Assembly: GCA_050951325.1 (NCBI GenBank) | Contig: JBMNIW010000001.1 | Span: 1 to 64,000, forward strand | Length of the DNA stretch: 64,000 bases | Direction of reading: 5' to 3' | DNA from: Clostridia bacterium | Lineage (GTDB): Bacteria; Bacillota; Clostridia; UBA1212; DUPL01 | Part shown: piece after piece, positions 19,400 through 30,257 of the stretch | Layout: each line of letters opens with the position of its first letter | Numbering within the stretch: the stretch's first letter is position 1 | Program-made: the position numbers and the translations under genes | Notes under the pieces: model-generated | Seen by the model: only the letters and a program-made list of their open reading frames with translations | What the model was told of the DNA's origin: nothing | Databases searched by the model: none

Positions 19400-20929
19400 A
19401 TGCATGATAAGTTCTTATCAAAAGCCAGTGAACTGATGCCTGAATTGAATGAAACAATCCACAGGCCTGTCGAACTAGTGGAAGCTTTGCCCGATAAAAA
19501 CGCTCTTCATGGGGTGAAAATGATTAATGGCAAATATGTTGAGAATTTATACTCCCAGGAGCTACAGAACGGTGATATTTTTACTGTGGATTTTGGAACC
19601 CATATTGTTGGATACCTTACACTTAAAATAAAGCCTGTGGGACATCAGCAGGATTCTCCTTTAAGGCTAAGACTAGTCTTTGGTGAAATGCCCTGCGAGA
19701 TTCCGGATTTTGAATACGCTGGCACTCTCAGCAGTACCTGGATACAGGAGGAAATTGTAAATATTGATGTTTTGGCAGAACCTTTTACTCTTCCCAGAAG
19801 ATACGCTTTCAGATACTTAAAGGTTGAAATATTGGGACGGTGTACTGCGTACAGGGTTAAGTTCGAAGACATATACTGTACTGCGGTTACTTCCAGCGAT
19901 TGCTCAAGTATTGAAAAGTTGAACGATGATATGGATACAATGCTTGCAAAAATAGACGAAGTGTCTATAAGGACTCTTAAAAACTGCAGCCAGGAAGTCT
20001 ATGAAGATGGTCCCAAGCGCGACAGAAGGCTCTGGCTAGGAGACCTGAGATTGCAGGCGATTGCCGACTATGTAACCTTTAAAAACTACAATCTGGTAAA
20101 AAGATGCCTATATTTGTTTGCTGGTCTTCCACATCCGGACGGACAGATAAGCAGCTGTATTTTTCACGAACCAACTTTGTCAAACGACAGCTGGATATTA
20201 AACGACTATTCACTGTTTTTCATAAGCGTACTATACGACTACTTCAATGAAACAAATGATTTGAATTTGCTTAAAGAGCTTTGGGATACTGCTTTCCGGC
20301 AAGCAGAAATTGTCTCAGAGCAAATTGATGAATATGGACTGGTCAAGCACGGTCAGACAAAGTACTTTGTAGACTGGTGCGAAGGACTTGATAAAAACAC
20401 ATCCGCTCAAGCTATCGCAATATACACCTTCAAGCAGTGCCATGCTCTTGCAACAGCATTGAATGATGAAAAACGCATGAGCTTCCTTGAAGAAAATATA
20501 AATGTCTTAACCAAAGGTGCGGTCAAACATTTATACAATAACGAGATTGGCTTCTTTGAAAGCGGTGAAAGAAATCAATTGTCCTGGCACTCTCAAATAT
20601 GGATGATTCTAGCAGGAGTTTTTGAAAAGGATGCAAACGCAAACCTTTTAAAAAGACTAATAAACTCAGACATTGAGATTCGCCCTCGCACTCCATACAT
20701 GTATCATCATTTCATACAGGCTCTCTTTGACTGCGATATGAAGGAAGATGCTATAAAATATATCAAGGCATACTGGGGTAAAATGGTTGAGCTGTGCGCC
20801 GACTGTTTTTGGGAAGTGTTTGACCCGGACAACCTGTTGCTCTCCCCGTATAACTCAATCCAGATAAACAGTTACTGCCACGCCTGGAGCTGCACTCCCA
20901 GTTATTTCATACGAAAATACTTAAGCTAA
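19400..20929 (+). CDS. GH78-like alpha-L-rhamnosidase (short form)
   Basis: DFG, DGPKRDRRLWLGD, FVDW, FWE, NSYCHAWSCTP motifs. Confidence 0.82.
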   Translation: MHDKFLSKASELMPELNETIHRPVELVEALPDKNALHGVKMINGKYVENLYSQELQNGDIFTVDFGTHIVGYLTLKIKPVGHQQDSPLRLRLVFGEMPCEIPDFEYAGTLSSTWIQEEIVNIDVLAEPFTLPRRYAFRYLKVEILGRCTAYRVKFEDIYCTAVTSSDCSSIEKLNDDMDTMLAKIDEVSIRTLKNCSQEVYEDGPKRDRRLWLGDLRLQAIADYVTFKNYNLVKRCLYLFAGLPHPDGQISSCIFHEPTLSNDSWILNDYSLFFISVLYDYFNETNDLNLLKELWDTAFRQAEIVSEQIDEYGLVKHGQTKYFVDWCEGLDKNTSAQAIAIYTFKQCHALATALNDEKRMSFLEENINVLTKGAVKHLYNNEIGFFESGERNQLSWHSQIWMILAGVFEKDANANLLKRLINSDIEIRPRTPYMYHHFIQALFDCDMKEDAIKYIKAYWGKMVELCADCFWEVFDPDNLLLSPYNSIQINSYCHAWSCTPSYFIRKYLS

Positions 20930-20934
20930 TAATT

Positions 20935-20960
20935 ACTGCGGGATTTTCCGCAGTTTTTTC
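20935..20960 (+). terminator. Intrinsic terminator
   Basis: ACTGCGG...CCGCAGT stem followed by a T run. Confidence 0.7.
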
Positions 20961-21037
20961 ATGTTTTTGTCCTTGTCCCTTGTTGCCATTAACACCCGCC
21001 AGTCCAATTAACACCAAGAAAAAGATTCTGCATATTC

Positions 21038-21070
21038 AAAAAGGAGCAGTCCCACAAATGAGACTGCTCC
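21038..21070 (-). terminator. Intrinsic terminator of nifJ
   Basis: GGAGCAGTC...GACTGCTCC stem with an A run on the + strand (U tract on the - strand). Confidence 0.75.
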
Positions 21071-21093
21071 ATAATTTATCTATTTGGTAATAT

Positions 21094-24000
21094 TTACTCT
21101 TCCTTATTAGGCTCATAGAAATCCTTCAGCCTCTGGATAAGTTCATATTTGTCAGCTGCTGCTTCCTCAGCCTTTCCAAAGAGCTCGTCTGCTCTCTCAG
21201 GGAAGGTCTGATTGAGTCTTGTGTAACGGGTTTCACTCATTATAAAGTCTCTGTAACTCTTCTTTGGAGCCTGGCTATCCAAAGTAAATGGATTCTTGCC
21301 CTCTGCAATAGCCATTGGATTGTATCTGAAGAGTGTCCAGTAGCCAGATTCAACTGCTTCCTTCATGCGAATCTGTGAGTTGCCCATGCCGCCCTTGATA
21401 CCGTGCATCTCACATGGTGAGTATGCAATGATAATGGATGGTCCTGGGTATGCTTCAGCTTCCTGGAGAGCTTTCAAAGTCTGATTCAGGTTTGCTCCCA
21501 TAGCAATCTGAGCTACGTAGACATAACCGTAGGTCATTGCAATACGTGCAAGATCTTTCTTGCCGATATCCTTACCAGCTGCAGCAAACTGTGCAACCTG
21601 ACCCAGCTGTGAAGCCTTGGATGCCTGTCCGCCGGTATTGGAGTAAACTTCTGTATCAAATACGAAAATGTTTACATCTTCACCAGAAGCAATTACATGG
21701 TCAAGACCGCCGTATCCGATATCGTAAGCCCATCCGTCACCACCGAAGATCCATACTGATTTCTTAGCCAGATAGTTTTTATTTTCAAGAATCTCCTTGG
21801 AAAGGTCATCTGTATTTTTCTCGAGAACCTTGACAAGCTTTTCGGTAGCCTTGAAGTTAGCCTGACCATCATTCTTTGTATCAAGGTATTCCTTGATAAC
21901 AGCTCTATCGGCTTCGTCAGTTGTCTTCTCAAGGAGTTCCTCAACGTAACCAACGAGTCTTTCTCTTAAGGTCCTCTGACCAAGGTAGATACCGTAGCCG
22001 AACTCAGCATTGTCTTCGAACAAGCTGTTTGCCCATGCAGGACCTCTTCCAGTCTCACGGTTTACAGTGTAAGGTGTGGCAGGTGCAGAGCCGCCCCAGA
22101 TGGATGAACATCCGGTTGCGTTTGCTATGTACATTCTCTCACCAAACAGCTGGGTGATAAGACGTGCATAGGAGGTTTCCGCACAACCTGCACAGGAGCC
22201 TGAGAACTCAAGCAATGGCTGGTTGAACTGGCTTCCCTTGACTGTAAAGTCTGCAAAGGATGTTTCCTTCTTAGTAACGTTTGCAACCATGTAGTCGAAT
22301 ACCTTCTGCTCTTCAAGCTGACTTTCCTGTGGAACCATTACAAGCGCCTTTTCCTTCGCCGGGCACTGCTTTGCGCAAACCGAGCAACCCATGCAGTCCA
22401 TAGGACTTATGGAAATTGTGTACTGGTACTGTTCCACGCCCTTGCCCTTCATCTGAACCATCTTTGTATTCTCTGGGGCATTCTTTGCTTCATTCTCATT
22501 CAGAACAAACGGCCTTATAGTAGCATGTGGGCAGACATATGCGCACTGGTTACACTGTATGCAGTTCTCTGGAATCCACATTGGTACATCAACAGCAACT
22601 CCACGCTTCTCGTAAGCTGCAGAACCCTGCGGGAATGTACCGTCTGCATGATCCATAAACACGGATACAGGCAATGAATCTCCATCCATCAGTGCAGCAG
22701 GCTTGAGGATGTTCTTAACGAACTTAACAAGCTCTGGACGATCTCCTGTAATCTGTTCTTCTGCTTGTGTTGTATCAAGATTCTTCCATGATTCAGGTAC
22801 GTCAACCTTAACTATTGCATTAACACCTGCGTCAATGGCTTTCCAGTTCATTTCAACTATCGCTTCGCCCTTGGAGATGTAGGAATCTCTTGCAGCTTTC
22901 TTCATGTACTCAACAGCCTTGTCAATTGGCAGGATATTCGCAATTGCAAAGAATGCAGACTGCAGAACTGTATTGGTACGCTTGCCCATTCCTATCTCAC
23001 GAGCAATATCTATTGCATTGATTATATAAAAGTTAATGTTATTGTCAGCAATATATTTCTTAACCTTGTTTGGCAGATGTGTATCCAGCTCTTCAGGAGT
23101 CCACTGGCAGTTAAGCAGGAAGGATCCTCCTGGCTTGACATCACGAACAATTTCAAATCCTTTTACTATGTATGATGGGTTGTGGCAGGCAACAAAGTCC
23201 GCCTTCTTTACATAGTATGATGACTTGATAGGCTGGTCACCAAATCTCAGGTGGGAAATGGTTACTCCGCCTGTCTTCTTTGAGTCGTATTGGAAGTAAG
23301 CCTGGATGTATTTATCTGTGTGGTCACCAATAATCTTGATGGAGTTCTTGTTGGCACCAACAGTACCGTCACCGCCAAGACCCCAGAACTTGCAGCTGAT
23401 GGTTCCTTTTGGCTGGGTGTCAGGTGAAGGCTTCTCTTCAAGAGACAGATGTGTAACGTCGTCAACTATTCCGATTGTAAAGCCGTTCTTTGGCTCATCC
23501 TTTTCAAGATTCTCATAAACTGCAAATATGCTTGATGGTGGTGTATCCTTTGAACCCAGTCCGTAACGACCACCTACAACCTTGATATTAATACCGTTTG
23601 TAGCAAGAGCGGTAACAACATCAAGATACAAAGGTTCACCCAGTGCGCCAGGCTCTTTAGTTCTATCAAGAACCGCTATCTTCTTCACTGTCTTTGGCAA
23701 TGCTTCGATAAGCCTGTCCGCTCTGAAAGGACGATACAATCTAACCTTGATCAATCCTACCTTTTCGCCCTTATCAATCAGGTAATCTATAACTTCTTCA
23801 ATTACGTCGTTTACCGAACCCATAGCAATGATAACTCTCTCAGCCTCAGGGTGTCCGTAGTAGTTGAACAATTTATAGTTTGTGCCAATCTTCTTGTTAA
23901 CCATTTCCATATATTCTTCAACGATGGCAGGAAGAGCGTCATAATACTTGTTACATGCTTCCCTGTGCTGGAAGAATATATCTCCGTTTTCTGCACTTCC

Positions 24001-24648
24001 GCGTAGTACTGGGTTTTCAGGATTCAAAGCTTTGTTTCTGAATTCAGCAAGAGCTTCCTTGTCTATCATTTCATCCAGATCATTGTAGTCCCAAACTGCG
24101 ACCTTCTGGATTTCATGGCTTGTCCTGAATCCGTCAAAGAAATTAATGAATGGTATGCGACCCTTAATTGCAGCTAGATGTGCAATTGCTCCAAGGTCCA
24201 TGACCTCCTGTGCATTTGTGCAGCATAGCATTGCGCAACCTGTCTGACGGCATGCATAGACGTCCGAATGGTCGCCAAAAATATTCAGTGCATGCGATGC
24301 AACAGTTCTTGCTGAAACATGAACCACTCCTGGCAATAACTCTCCTGCAATTTTATACAAGTTGGGAATCATTAGAAGTAAACCTTGAGAAGCAGTATAT
24401 GTAGTAGTTAATGCGCCTGAAGCAAGACTTCCGTGTACTGCTCCAGCTGCTCCCGCCTCCGATTGCATTTCTACGACCTTTACATTGTCGCCAAAAATAT
24501 TCTTGAGTCCATTCGCAGACCAAGAGTCGGTAAGCTCGGCCATAACACTGGAAGGTGTTATTGGATAAATTGCTGCTACTTCAGTAAAAGCATAACTGAC
24601 ATGCGCCGCAGCGGTGTTACCGTCCATTGATTTAAACTTTCTTGTCAT
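21094..24648 (-). CDS. nifJ: Pyruvate:ferredoxin (flavodoxin) oxidoreductase
   Basis: YPITPS, EMQSE, two CxxCxxCxxxCP ferredoxin motifs, ANATGCSSIWG, GGDGWAYDIG TPP motif; 1184 aa. Confidence 0.97.
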   Translation of the reverse strand: MTRKFKSMDGNTAAAHVSYAFTEVAAIYPITPSSVMAELTDSWSANGLKNIFGDNVKVVEMQSEAGAAGAVHGSLASGALTTTYTASQGLLLMIPNLYKIAGELLPGVVHVSARTVASHALNIFGDHSDVYACRQTGCAMLCCTNAQEVMDLGAIAHLAAIKGRIPFINFFDGFRTSHEIQKVAVWDYNDLDEMIDKEALAEFRNKALNPENPVLRGSAENGDIFFQHREACNKYYDALPAIVEEYMEMVNKKIGTNYKLFNYYGHPEAERVIIAMGSVNDVIEEVIDYLIDKGEKVGLIKVRLYRPFRADRLIEALPKTVKKIAVLDRTKEPGALGEPLYLDVVTALATNGINIKVVGGRYGLGSKDTPPSSIFAVYENLEKDEPKNGFTIGIVDDVTHLSLEEKPSPDTQPKGTISCKFWGLGGDGTVGANKNSIKIIGDHTDKYIQAYFQYDSKKTGGVTISHLRFGDQPIKSSYYVKKADFVACHNPSYIVKGFEIVRDVKPGGSFLLNCQWTPEELDTHLPNKVKKYIADNNINFYIINAIDIAREIGMGKRTNTVLQSAFFAIANILPIDKAVEYMKKAARDSYISKGEAIVEMNWKAIDAGVNAIVKVDVPESWKNLDTTQAEEQITGDRPELVKFVKNILKPAALMDGDSLPVSVFMDHADGTFPQGSAAYEKRGVAVDVPMWIPENCIQCNQCAYVCPHATIRPFVLNENEAKNAPENTKMVQMKGKGVEQYQYTISISPMDCMGCSVCAKQCPAKEKALVMVPQESQLEEQKVFDYMVANVTKKETSFADFTVKGSQFNQPLLEFSGSCAGCAETSYARLITQLFGERMYIANATGCSSIWGGSAPATPYTVNRETGRGPAWANSLFEDNAEFGYGIYLGQRTLRERLVGYVEELLEKTTDEADRAVIKEYLDTKNDGQANFKATEKLVKVLEKNTDDLSKEILENKNYLAKKSVWIFGGDGWAYDIGYGGLDHVIASGEDVNIFVFDTEVYSNTGGQASKASQLGQVAQFAAAGKDIGKKDLARIAMTYGYVYVAQIAMGANLNQTLKALQEAEAYPGPSIIIAYSPCEMHGIKGGMGNSQIRMKEAVESGYWTLFRYNPMAIAEGKNPFTLDSQAPKKSYRDFIMSETRYTRLNQTFPERADELFGKAEEAAADKYELIQRLKDFYEPNKEE

Positions 24649-24713
24649 GTAAAATGCCTCCTATATTAATGAGCTATATTTGAAAAACGGCGATTGTGTT
24701 TTATCAAACAACA

Positions 24714-24731
24714 ACGTTAATATCTTAACAT
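24714..24731. promoter_or_regulatory. Candidate Rex operator upstream of nifJ
   Basis: ACGTTAA-TATC-TTAACAT keeps the GTTAA-N4-TTAAC core of the clostridial Rex consensus TTGTTAA-N4-TTAACAA. Confidence 0.45.
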
Positions 24732-24801
24732 ATTTTAATGGTAAAGTAAAGAAATTATATGTTAACAACTATTCAACCCAATGCCTTCCATCAATAAAAA
24801 T

Positions 24802-24830
24802 TTCACCTCTCATACATAACGAGAGGTGAA
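24802..24830 (-). terminator. Hairpin after the NPCBM gene
   Basis: TTCACCTCTC...GAGAGGTGAA inverted repeat. Confidence 0.6.
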
Positions 24831-24846
24831 ACTGGATTATTGTTTT

Positions 24847-25764
24847 TTATTGCTTTTTTCTAAGTACAATTATCGCCACAACTACTGCCACAACCACCGC
24901 TGTAGCCACCACAACAGCAATTATAATACCAAGATTACCGCCGTCTTTTTCAGACTCGTCTGTGGGTTCCTTCGTTTCCTTCTGCGATTGTGTTGGTGCT
25001 GGTGTTTCATCTTCCAGTACCGTGACCTCGAAGGTATAGGTCTTTTCTTCATATGTAACGGTTATTGTTTTGGCACCTGGGGTTTCACTATCGAACCCAG
25101 AAATCATGTCTTCTGTAAGCATACCGTCTACTTCCATTCCGTTCGAGTAGACAATGGTATAGAATCCTCCATTTGGCGAGAACTCTTCTCCAACCTTGTA
25201 CTCTGTTTTACTTACCTGTCTCTTCTCCTTGAAATCGGTTACCTCAAGGTTCACAAGCATTGGAGAGCCCCAAGTTGATGTGTCATAGTCCACACCGTCA
25301 ATTCCTGCGTTAACCTCCAGTTTCAGTTCCTTCGTCCCCTCAGGAATTTTGGCAACACATGCAACAGGCAAGTCTCCCACTGCAACTGTCTCACTTTCAT
25401 AAATCTTCTCACCGTCCGCCCAAACCACAAAGACAACATGTGCGCCTCGTGCTTCCAACACTGCGTTTTTGCCCAAATATGCAGCAAAATGTGTGTAGTT
25501 GTATTCAGAAATATCGTATACAATTTCACTGGGTTCTGAAACGCTTATTGGATGGGCCTCAATGGAATGGGGATACTTGAAATCTTCATTATCATGCCTG
25601 ATAGTACCCTCAATGTCAAAGATGGGAGTTACGTACCCTGTTGCACTTACGTACTCAATCTTGGTTAAATACAAGCCATCTTCGTTTTCAGTCTCCTCAG
25701 CGAGGACGGAAAGCAATGATGCTGCAAGAAATAATGTGATAACAATAAATATCACTTTTTTCAT
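24847..25764 (-). CDS. Secreted NPCBM/NEW2 plus bacterial Ig-like protein with C-terminal TM anchor
   Basis: Signal peptide; SIEAHP..IVYDI..F.AY.G..VVF.V.ADG..D...WG.P NPCBM pattern; KTEYKVGE..ISGFDS..PG.KTITVTY Ig-like; TM helix plus RKKQ. Confidence 0.72.
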   Translation of the reverse strand: MKKVIFIVITLFLAASLLSVLAEETENEDGLYLTKIEYVSATGYVTPIFDIEGTIRHDNEDFKYPHSIEAHPISVSEPSEIVYDISEYNYTHFAAYLGKNAVLEARGAHVVFVVWADGEKIYESETVAVGDLPVACVAKIPEGTKELKLEVNAGIDGVDYDTSTWGSPMLVNLEVTDFKEKRQVSKTEYKVGEEFSPNGGFYTIVYSNGMEVDGMLTEDMISGFDSETPGAKTITVTYEEKTYTFEVTVLEDETPAPTQSQKETKEPTDESEKDGGNLGIIIAVVVATAVVVAVVVAIIVLRKKQ

Positions 25765-25781
25765 AACGCAAGCCTCCTTTA

Positions 25782-26828
25782 TCAATTCTCAAAAACTTTG
25801 TATTTTCCACTCCTTAGCTGCTCTATGTAGTCCTTTGTCATCTTCCAGTACATGGTTGTACTAATCTCGCCATTTTCATCTATCCACTTCTCGATCTCAT
25901 TGGTCATTTTACTTGTGTCCGCCGGAAAAATCGCAGTATTCTCCGCATACTCGTTGAAAGAATTTATAACTACGATTTCGGGCTTCTTTTCAGCCATCAA
26001 CAACTTCTCCCACTGTTCCCTATACCATTTGCCCTGATTGCGCATTACCGGTGGTGCACCTTTTCTATTATTCCACCCAGGCATGACCACAACCACTTCC
26101 TCATGCAGCTGTGTGCCCTTGTCAAACGCCCACCCGTAACGTCCAGGATTACTACCATTGTCTGCATATCTGATGGTGAACATCTCTCCATATGTCTTCT
26201 TCCCATCGTAGTTGTTCCACAACTCTTCTCCCCCATCTCCATAAACAATAAGCAGGGGTTTGTCATCCAGATAGTAGTGATAGTCGGATGTTCCAAACTC
26301 CTGCATGCAGTATCTATCCCAAAGTATTTTTGCCTCTTGTTCAATACTTGCAGCATTGTTAGACCATTGTATTGCGCCAATAGCCGAGCAGTATTTGATA
26401 GGCCTGTTCTCAGGAATGTCATTCCATTCCTTTATGCATTGTGCAAATTTCAATGCTCTTTCGTTAATATAGCCATTTTCCACATCAATGTGATTCGTCT
26501 GGTCCATAATCACAAAATCTATGCCGAGATCAGCCATTTGCTCCAAGTGAAAGAATATAATGTCCTCATCCAGCGAATCATATTTTCCGTAAGTTCCATC
26601 AGGAAGCAAAACATCATACTGTATGTCCCATGCATTCCAAGTGTTCCTTTGTACAGAGTTGGACATTTCGTCAAGGTACGCATACCATACACTGTACCAG
26701 ATACCGATATCACAATCAGCAGGCTCTCTTTCAATATATTTCACATTGCCACCTCCATTTCTGTTGCATGCTGTTGTCAGAACCAGGATTAGAACAATCA
26801 ATATGAAAACCACTCTTCTTTTCATCAT
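25782..26828 (-). CDS. Lipoprotein, GH99/GH71-like TIM-barrel glycoside hydrolase
   Basis: Lipobox LTTAC; GIWYSVW, GIDF..D.TN, DKPL, MPGW, SFNEYAE motifs. Confidence 0.62.
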   Translation of the reverse strand: MMKRRVVFILIVLILVLTTACNRNGGGNVKYIEREPADCDIGIWYSVWYAYLDEMSNSVQRNTWNAWDIQYDVLLPDGTYGKYDSLDEDIIFFHLEQMADLGIDFVIMDQTNHIDVENGYINERALKFAQCIKEWNDIPENRPIKYCSAIGAIQWSNNAASIEQEAKILWDRYCMQEFGTSDYHYYLDDKPLLIVYGDGGEELWNNYDGKKTYGEMFTIRYADNGSNPGRYGWAFDKGTQLHEEVVVVMPGWNNRKGAPPVMRNQGKWYREQWEKLLMAEKKPEIVVINSFNEYAENTAIFPADTSKMTNEIEKWIDENGEISTTMYWKMTKDYIEQLRSGKYKVFEN

Positions 26829-27195
26829 GCTCCCTCCATTTTACATTCATTAAAGCGAAAAAAACACCACAACTCGTCATGGCATTAAATACGTCCACAA
26901 TCCCCCAACGATTTTACATATGCAATTAACACACATAACACACAAAAGCCCGTACCTTGTCATATTGGCACACCGCCTTTTTCGGCCTCAATTTATATAC
27001 TATATATACACTAAATTAATACTCATGTAAAGACACCCCACTAATATAAGTGCTCCCAAACCAAACTTCCGGGTCCTGGGTGCTCCTTTAAAGATTTGTT
27101 TATAAAACCTTTCAATACATCGGTGGACATGAGCTATACTATTATGTAATATATATGCACTTTCAAAAAAATAAATAATATTATAGGAGTAGTAT

Positions 27196-28569
27196 ATGGA
27201 ACATGCAAATCCTTTAGGAGAAGAAAGAATTGTTAAATTGTTGGCCAGATTTTCAATTCCCGCAATAGTGGGAATGATGGTCAATGCACTTTATAACATT
27301 GTCGATAGAATCTTCATAGGCAACAGCGATTATCTTGGCACCAATGGTCTTGCAGCCGCCACGGTCTGTTTTCCCATAATGATAATAGTTTTGGCAGTGG
27401 GTCTTTTATTTGGCATTGGAGGAGCCACTCTGTTTTCTATTAAACTGGGAGAAGGAAAAAAGGAGGAAGCTGAGAGGGTTCTTGGCAATGCCTTTGTTCT
27501 TTTGGTTCTCGGCGGTATTGTTGTATCAATATTGGGTCTTGCTTTCATGAGAAAACTCCTAATATATTTCGGTGCCAGCGATGCCACTCTTCCCTATGCT
27601 GAAGAATACATGAGTGTCATTTTCTTTGGCTCTGTCTTCCAGGTAGTAAGTATTGGCCTCAACCACTTCATACGTGCAGATGGAAGCCCCAAAATTGCAA
27701 TGCTGACCATGTTCTTCGGAGCAGGTCTCAACACCGTTCTTGACCCCCTGTTTATATACGTCTTCAGGATGGGCATGGCAGGTGCCGCACTTGCTACTAT
27801 TCTATCCCAAATGGCTTCAGCTTCTTGGGTCACATTATACTTCCTGGGTAGTAAATGCAAAAACAGGCTCAGAGTTAGAAACATGCATTTGAAATTGAAA
27901 ATTTTATATACAATTGTTATTCTCGGCATGCCGAACTTTCTCCTGCAGGTTGCAAACAGCTTTCTTAATATTACTTTAAACAAAACAATTTATACCTATG
28001 GTGGAAACATTGCTGTATCCGGCATGGGAGTTGTAAACAGCATACAAACACTTCTCCTCATGCCAATTATCGGTCTTAACCAGGGAGTACAACCTATCGT
28101 CAGCTACAACTTCGGAGCAAAGAAATATGACAGGGTCAAGAGTGCTGCCAAGAGCGCCATTTTTGCAGCCACAACAGTTGTGATGATTGGTTTTGTAATT
28201 ACAAGGCTGTTTCCTGTTCAGCTTGTCTCCATGTTCAACCGCGACGAGGAGCTGCTTGCCTTTGGAAAACATGCGGTAAAGGCGTGGTTTATGCTTCTCC
28301 CTGTGGTTGGTTTTCAGATAATTGGTTCAAGCTTCTTCCAAGCGATAGGCAGGGCGAAATCTGCCATGTTCCTCACATTAACAAGGCAGGTTATCCTTCT
28401 TCTCCCCGCAATTATTGTTTTTGCAAGGTTATTCGGCCTCAAAGGAATACTTTACGCCGCTCCTTTCGCAGACTTCTTCTCCTTTGTTCTTACTTTCATC
28501 TGGTTCGGTTTTGGAATCAGGAGCCTTACAAAACTGCAGAATCAAGCACAGAATATTCATTTGAAATAA
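27196..28569 (+). CDS. MATE family efflux transporter (MepA-like)
   Basis: PAIVGM..NALYNIVDRIFIG, N..LDP.FI, G.AGAALAT, QPI.SYNFGA; multiple TM helices. Confidence 0.93.
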   Translation: MEHANPLGEERIVKLLARFSIPAIVGMMVNALYNIVDRIFIGNSDYLGTNGLAAATVCFPIMIIVLAVGLLFGIGGATLFSIKLGEGKKEEAERVLGNAFVLLVLGGIVVSILGLAFMRKLLIYFGASDATLPYAEEYMSVIFFGSVFQVVSIGLNHFIRADGSPKIAMLTMFFGAGLNTVLDPLFIYVFRMGMAGAALATILSQMASASWVTLYFLGSKCKNRLRVRNMHLKLKILYTIVILGMPNFLLQVANSFLNITLNKTIYTYGGNIAVSGMGVVNSIQTLLLMPIIGLNQGVQPIVSYNFGAKKYDRVKSAAKSAIFAATTVVMIGFVITRLFPVQLVSMFNRDEELLAFGKHAVKAWFMLLPVVGFQIIGSSFFQAIGRAKSAMFLTLTRQVILLLPAIIVFARLFGLKGILYAAPFADFFSFVLTFIWFGFGIRSLTKLQNQAQNIHLK

Positions 28570-28622
28570 GAAAGCATACAGTATATAATATGTAGCTAAA
28601 ATATAATTAAAGGAGTACATCA

Positions 28623-30257
28623 ATGTTGACTGACATTCAAATTGCTCAAAGCACCAAATTAAAACCAATAACATCAGTAGCAGAATCCATAGGCATAAAG
28701 GAATCTGACCTTGAGCTGTATGGCAGATACAAAGCGAAAATTTCCCAGGAATATATAAAAAAATCCAAGGACAACAAGGATGGCAAGTTGATACTGGTTA
28801 CGTCTATAAACCCTACACCTGCAGGAGAAGGAAAAACAACAATTACTGTAGGTTTGGGCCAGGCTATGAATCTGATTGGAAAGAAAACCGTCATTGCCCT
28901 CAGAGAGCCTTCTCTTGGCCCAACCATGGGAATAAAGGGAGGAGCAACGGGCGGAGGATACTCCCAAGTGTTACCCATGGAAGACATAAACTTGCATTTT
29001 ACAGGCGATCTGCACGCTATTACCGCTGCAAACAACCTGCTTGCAGCAGTCATTGACAATCATATCTATCAAGGTAATGAACTTGACATCAATGTCAATC
29101 GTGTAATACATAAAAGATGTATTGACATGAACGACAGAGCTTTAAGAAACATAGTTCTCGGCCTTGGTGGCACAAAGGATGGTATTCCCAGACAGGACAG
29201 CTTCATCCTTACAGTGGCGACTGAAGTAATGGCAATCCTGTGTCTTTCTGAAAGCCTTACAGATTTGAAAGATAGACTTGGAAGAATGATTGTTGCCTTT
29301 ACAAACAGCAACAAGCCAATTACCGCAAGAGACTTGAATGTCCAAGGCGCAATGGCTCTCATTTTAAAAGATGCTATCAAACCAAACCTTGTACAAACCA
29401 CCGAGAACACTCCCGCCCTAATGCATGGCGGTCCTTTTGCCAATATTGCCCATGGCTGCAACAGCGTCATAGCAACCAAGCTGGGTCTTAAAACCGCAGA
29501 CTACGTTATAACTGAAGCAGGGTTCGGAGCAGATCTTGGAGCTGAGAAATTCTTCAATATTAAGTGCAGGAAAGCAAACCTAAAACCTTCCGCCGCAGTT
29601 ATAGTTGCAACGGTAAGAGCACTCAAGCACCATGGAAACGGCGACATTGAAAAAGGCCTTGATAATCTCGGCAAACACATAGAGAACATTCAGAGCTTTG
29701 GAGTTCCAGCAATTGTTGCAATAAATCACTTTGCAAACGACAGCGAAGATGACACAAGAAGCATTGTTAACTATTGCAGCAATCTGGGAGTGGATGCAGA
29801 AATATGCACATTGCATGCAGATGGCGGAAAAGGCGGAATAAAACTTGCTGAAAAAATTGTAGAACTTGCTGAAACCAATAGCAAATTCAAGCTCCTGTAT
29901 GACGATAATATTTCAATAAAAGAGAAAATAGAAACCATATGCAGTAAAATATATGGAGCAAAAGGTGTAGTATACACACCAAAGGCTCAAGAAGAAATAA
30001 ACACAATTGAAGAACTGGGCTATTCAAACCTGCCTGTATGCATGGCCAAGACCCAGTATTCATTGTCGGACAATCCAAAACTGTTGACAAGACCTAAAAA
30101 TTTTGAAATAACGGTTTCAGATGTTAGAGTGTCTGCCGGTGCAGGTTTTATTGTTGTGCAAACTGGTAACATATTGACAATGCCAGGACTTCCTAAAAAC
30201 CCTGCAGCAGCATATCTTGATATTAAGGAAGATGGAACTATTTTCGGACTTTTCTAA
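28623..30257 (+). CDS. fhs: Formate--tetrahydrofolate ligase
   Basis: [51 protein letters not shown]. Confidence 0.97.
   Translation: MLTDIQIAQSTKLKPITSVAESIGIKESDLELYGRYKAKISQEYIKKSKDNKDGKLILVTSINPTPAGEGKTTITVGLGQAMNLIGKKTVIALREPSLGPTMGIKGGATGGGYSQVLPMEDINLHFTGDLHAITAANNLLAAVIDNHIYQGNELDINVNRVIHKRCIDMNDRALRNIVLGLGGTKDGIPRQDSFILTVATEVMAILCLSESLTDLKDRLGRMIVAFTNSNKPITARDLNVQGAMALILKDAIKPNLVQTTENTPALMHGGPFANIAHGCNSVIATKLGLKTADYVITEAGFGADLGAEKFFNIKCRKANLKPSAAVIVATVRALKHHGNGDIEKGLDNLGKHIENIQSFGVPAIVAINHFANDSEDDTRSIVNYCSNLGVDAEICTLHADGGKGGIKLAEKIVELAETNSKFKLLYDDNISIKEKIETICSKIYGAKGVVYTPKAQEEINTIEELGYSNLPVCMAKTQYSLSDNPKLLTRPKNFEITVSDVRVSAGAGFIVVQTGNILTMPGLPKNPAAAYLDIKEDGTIFGLF

Noticed and set aside
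27050-27090. SRP RNA-like CAGG..CCGGAAG motif on the minus strand
   Set aside because: The required GAAGCAGC continuation and the long SRP stem are absent.
28623-30257. fhs as evidence of a Wood-Ljungdahl pathway
   Set aside because: The gene is solitary, with no folD, metF or acs genes nearby; fhs is common in non-acetogens.
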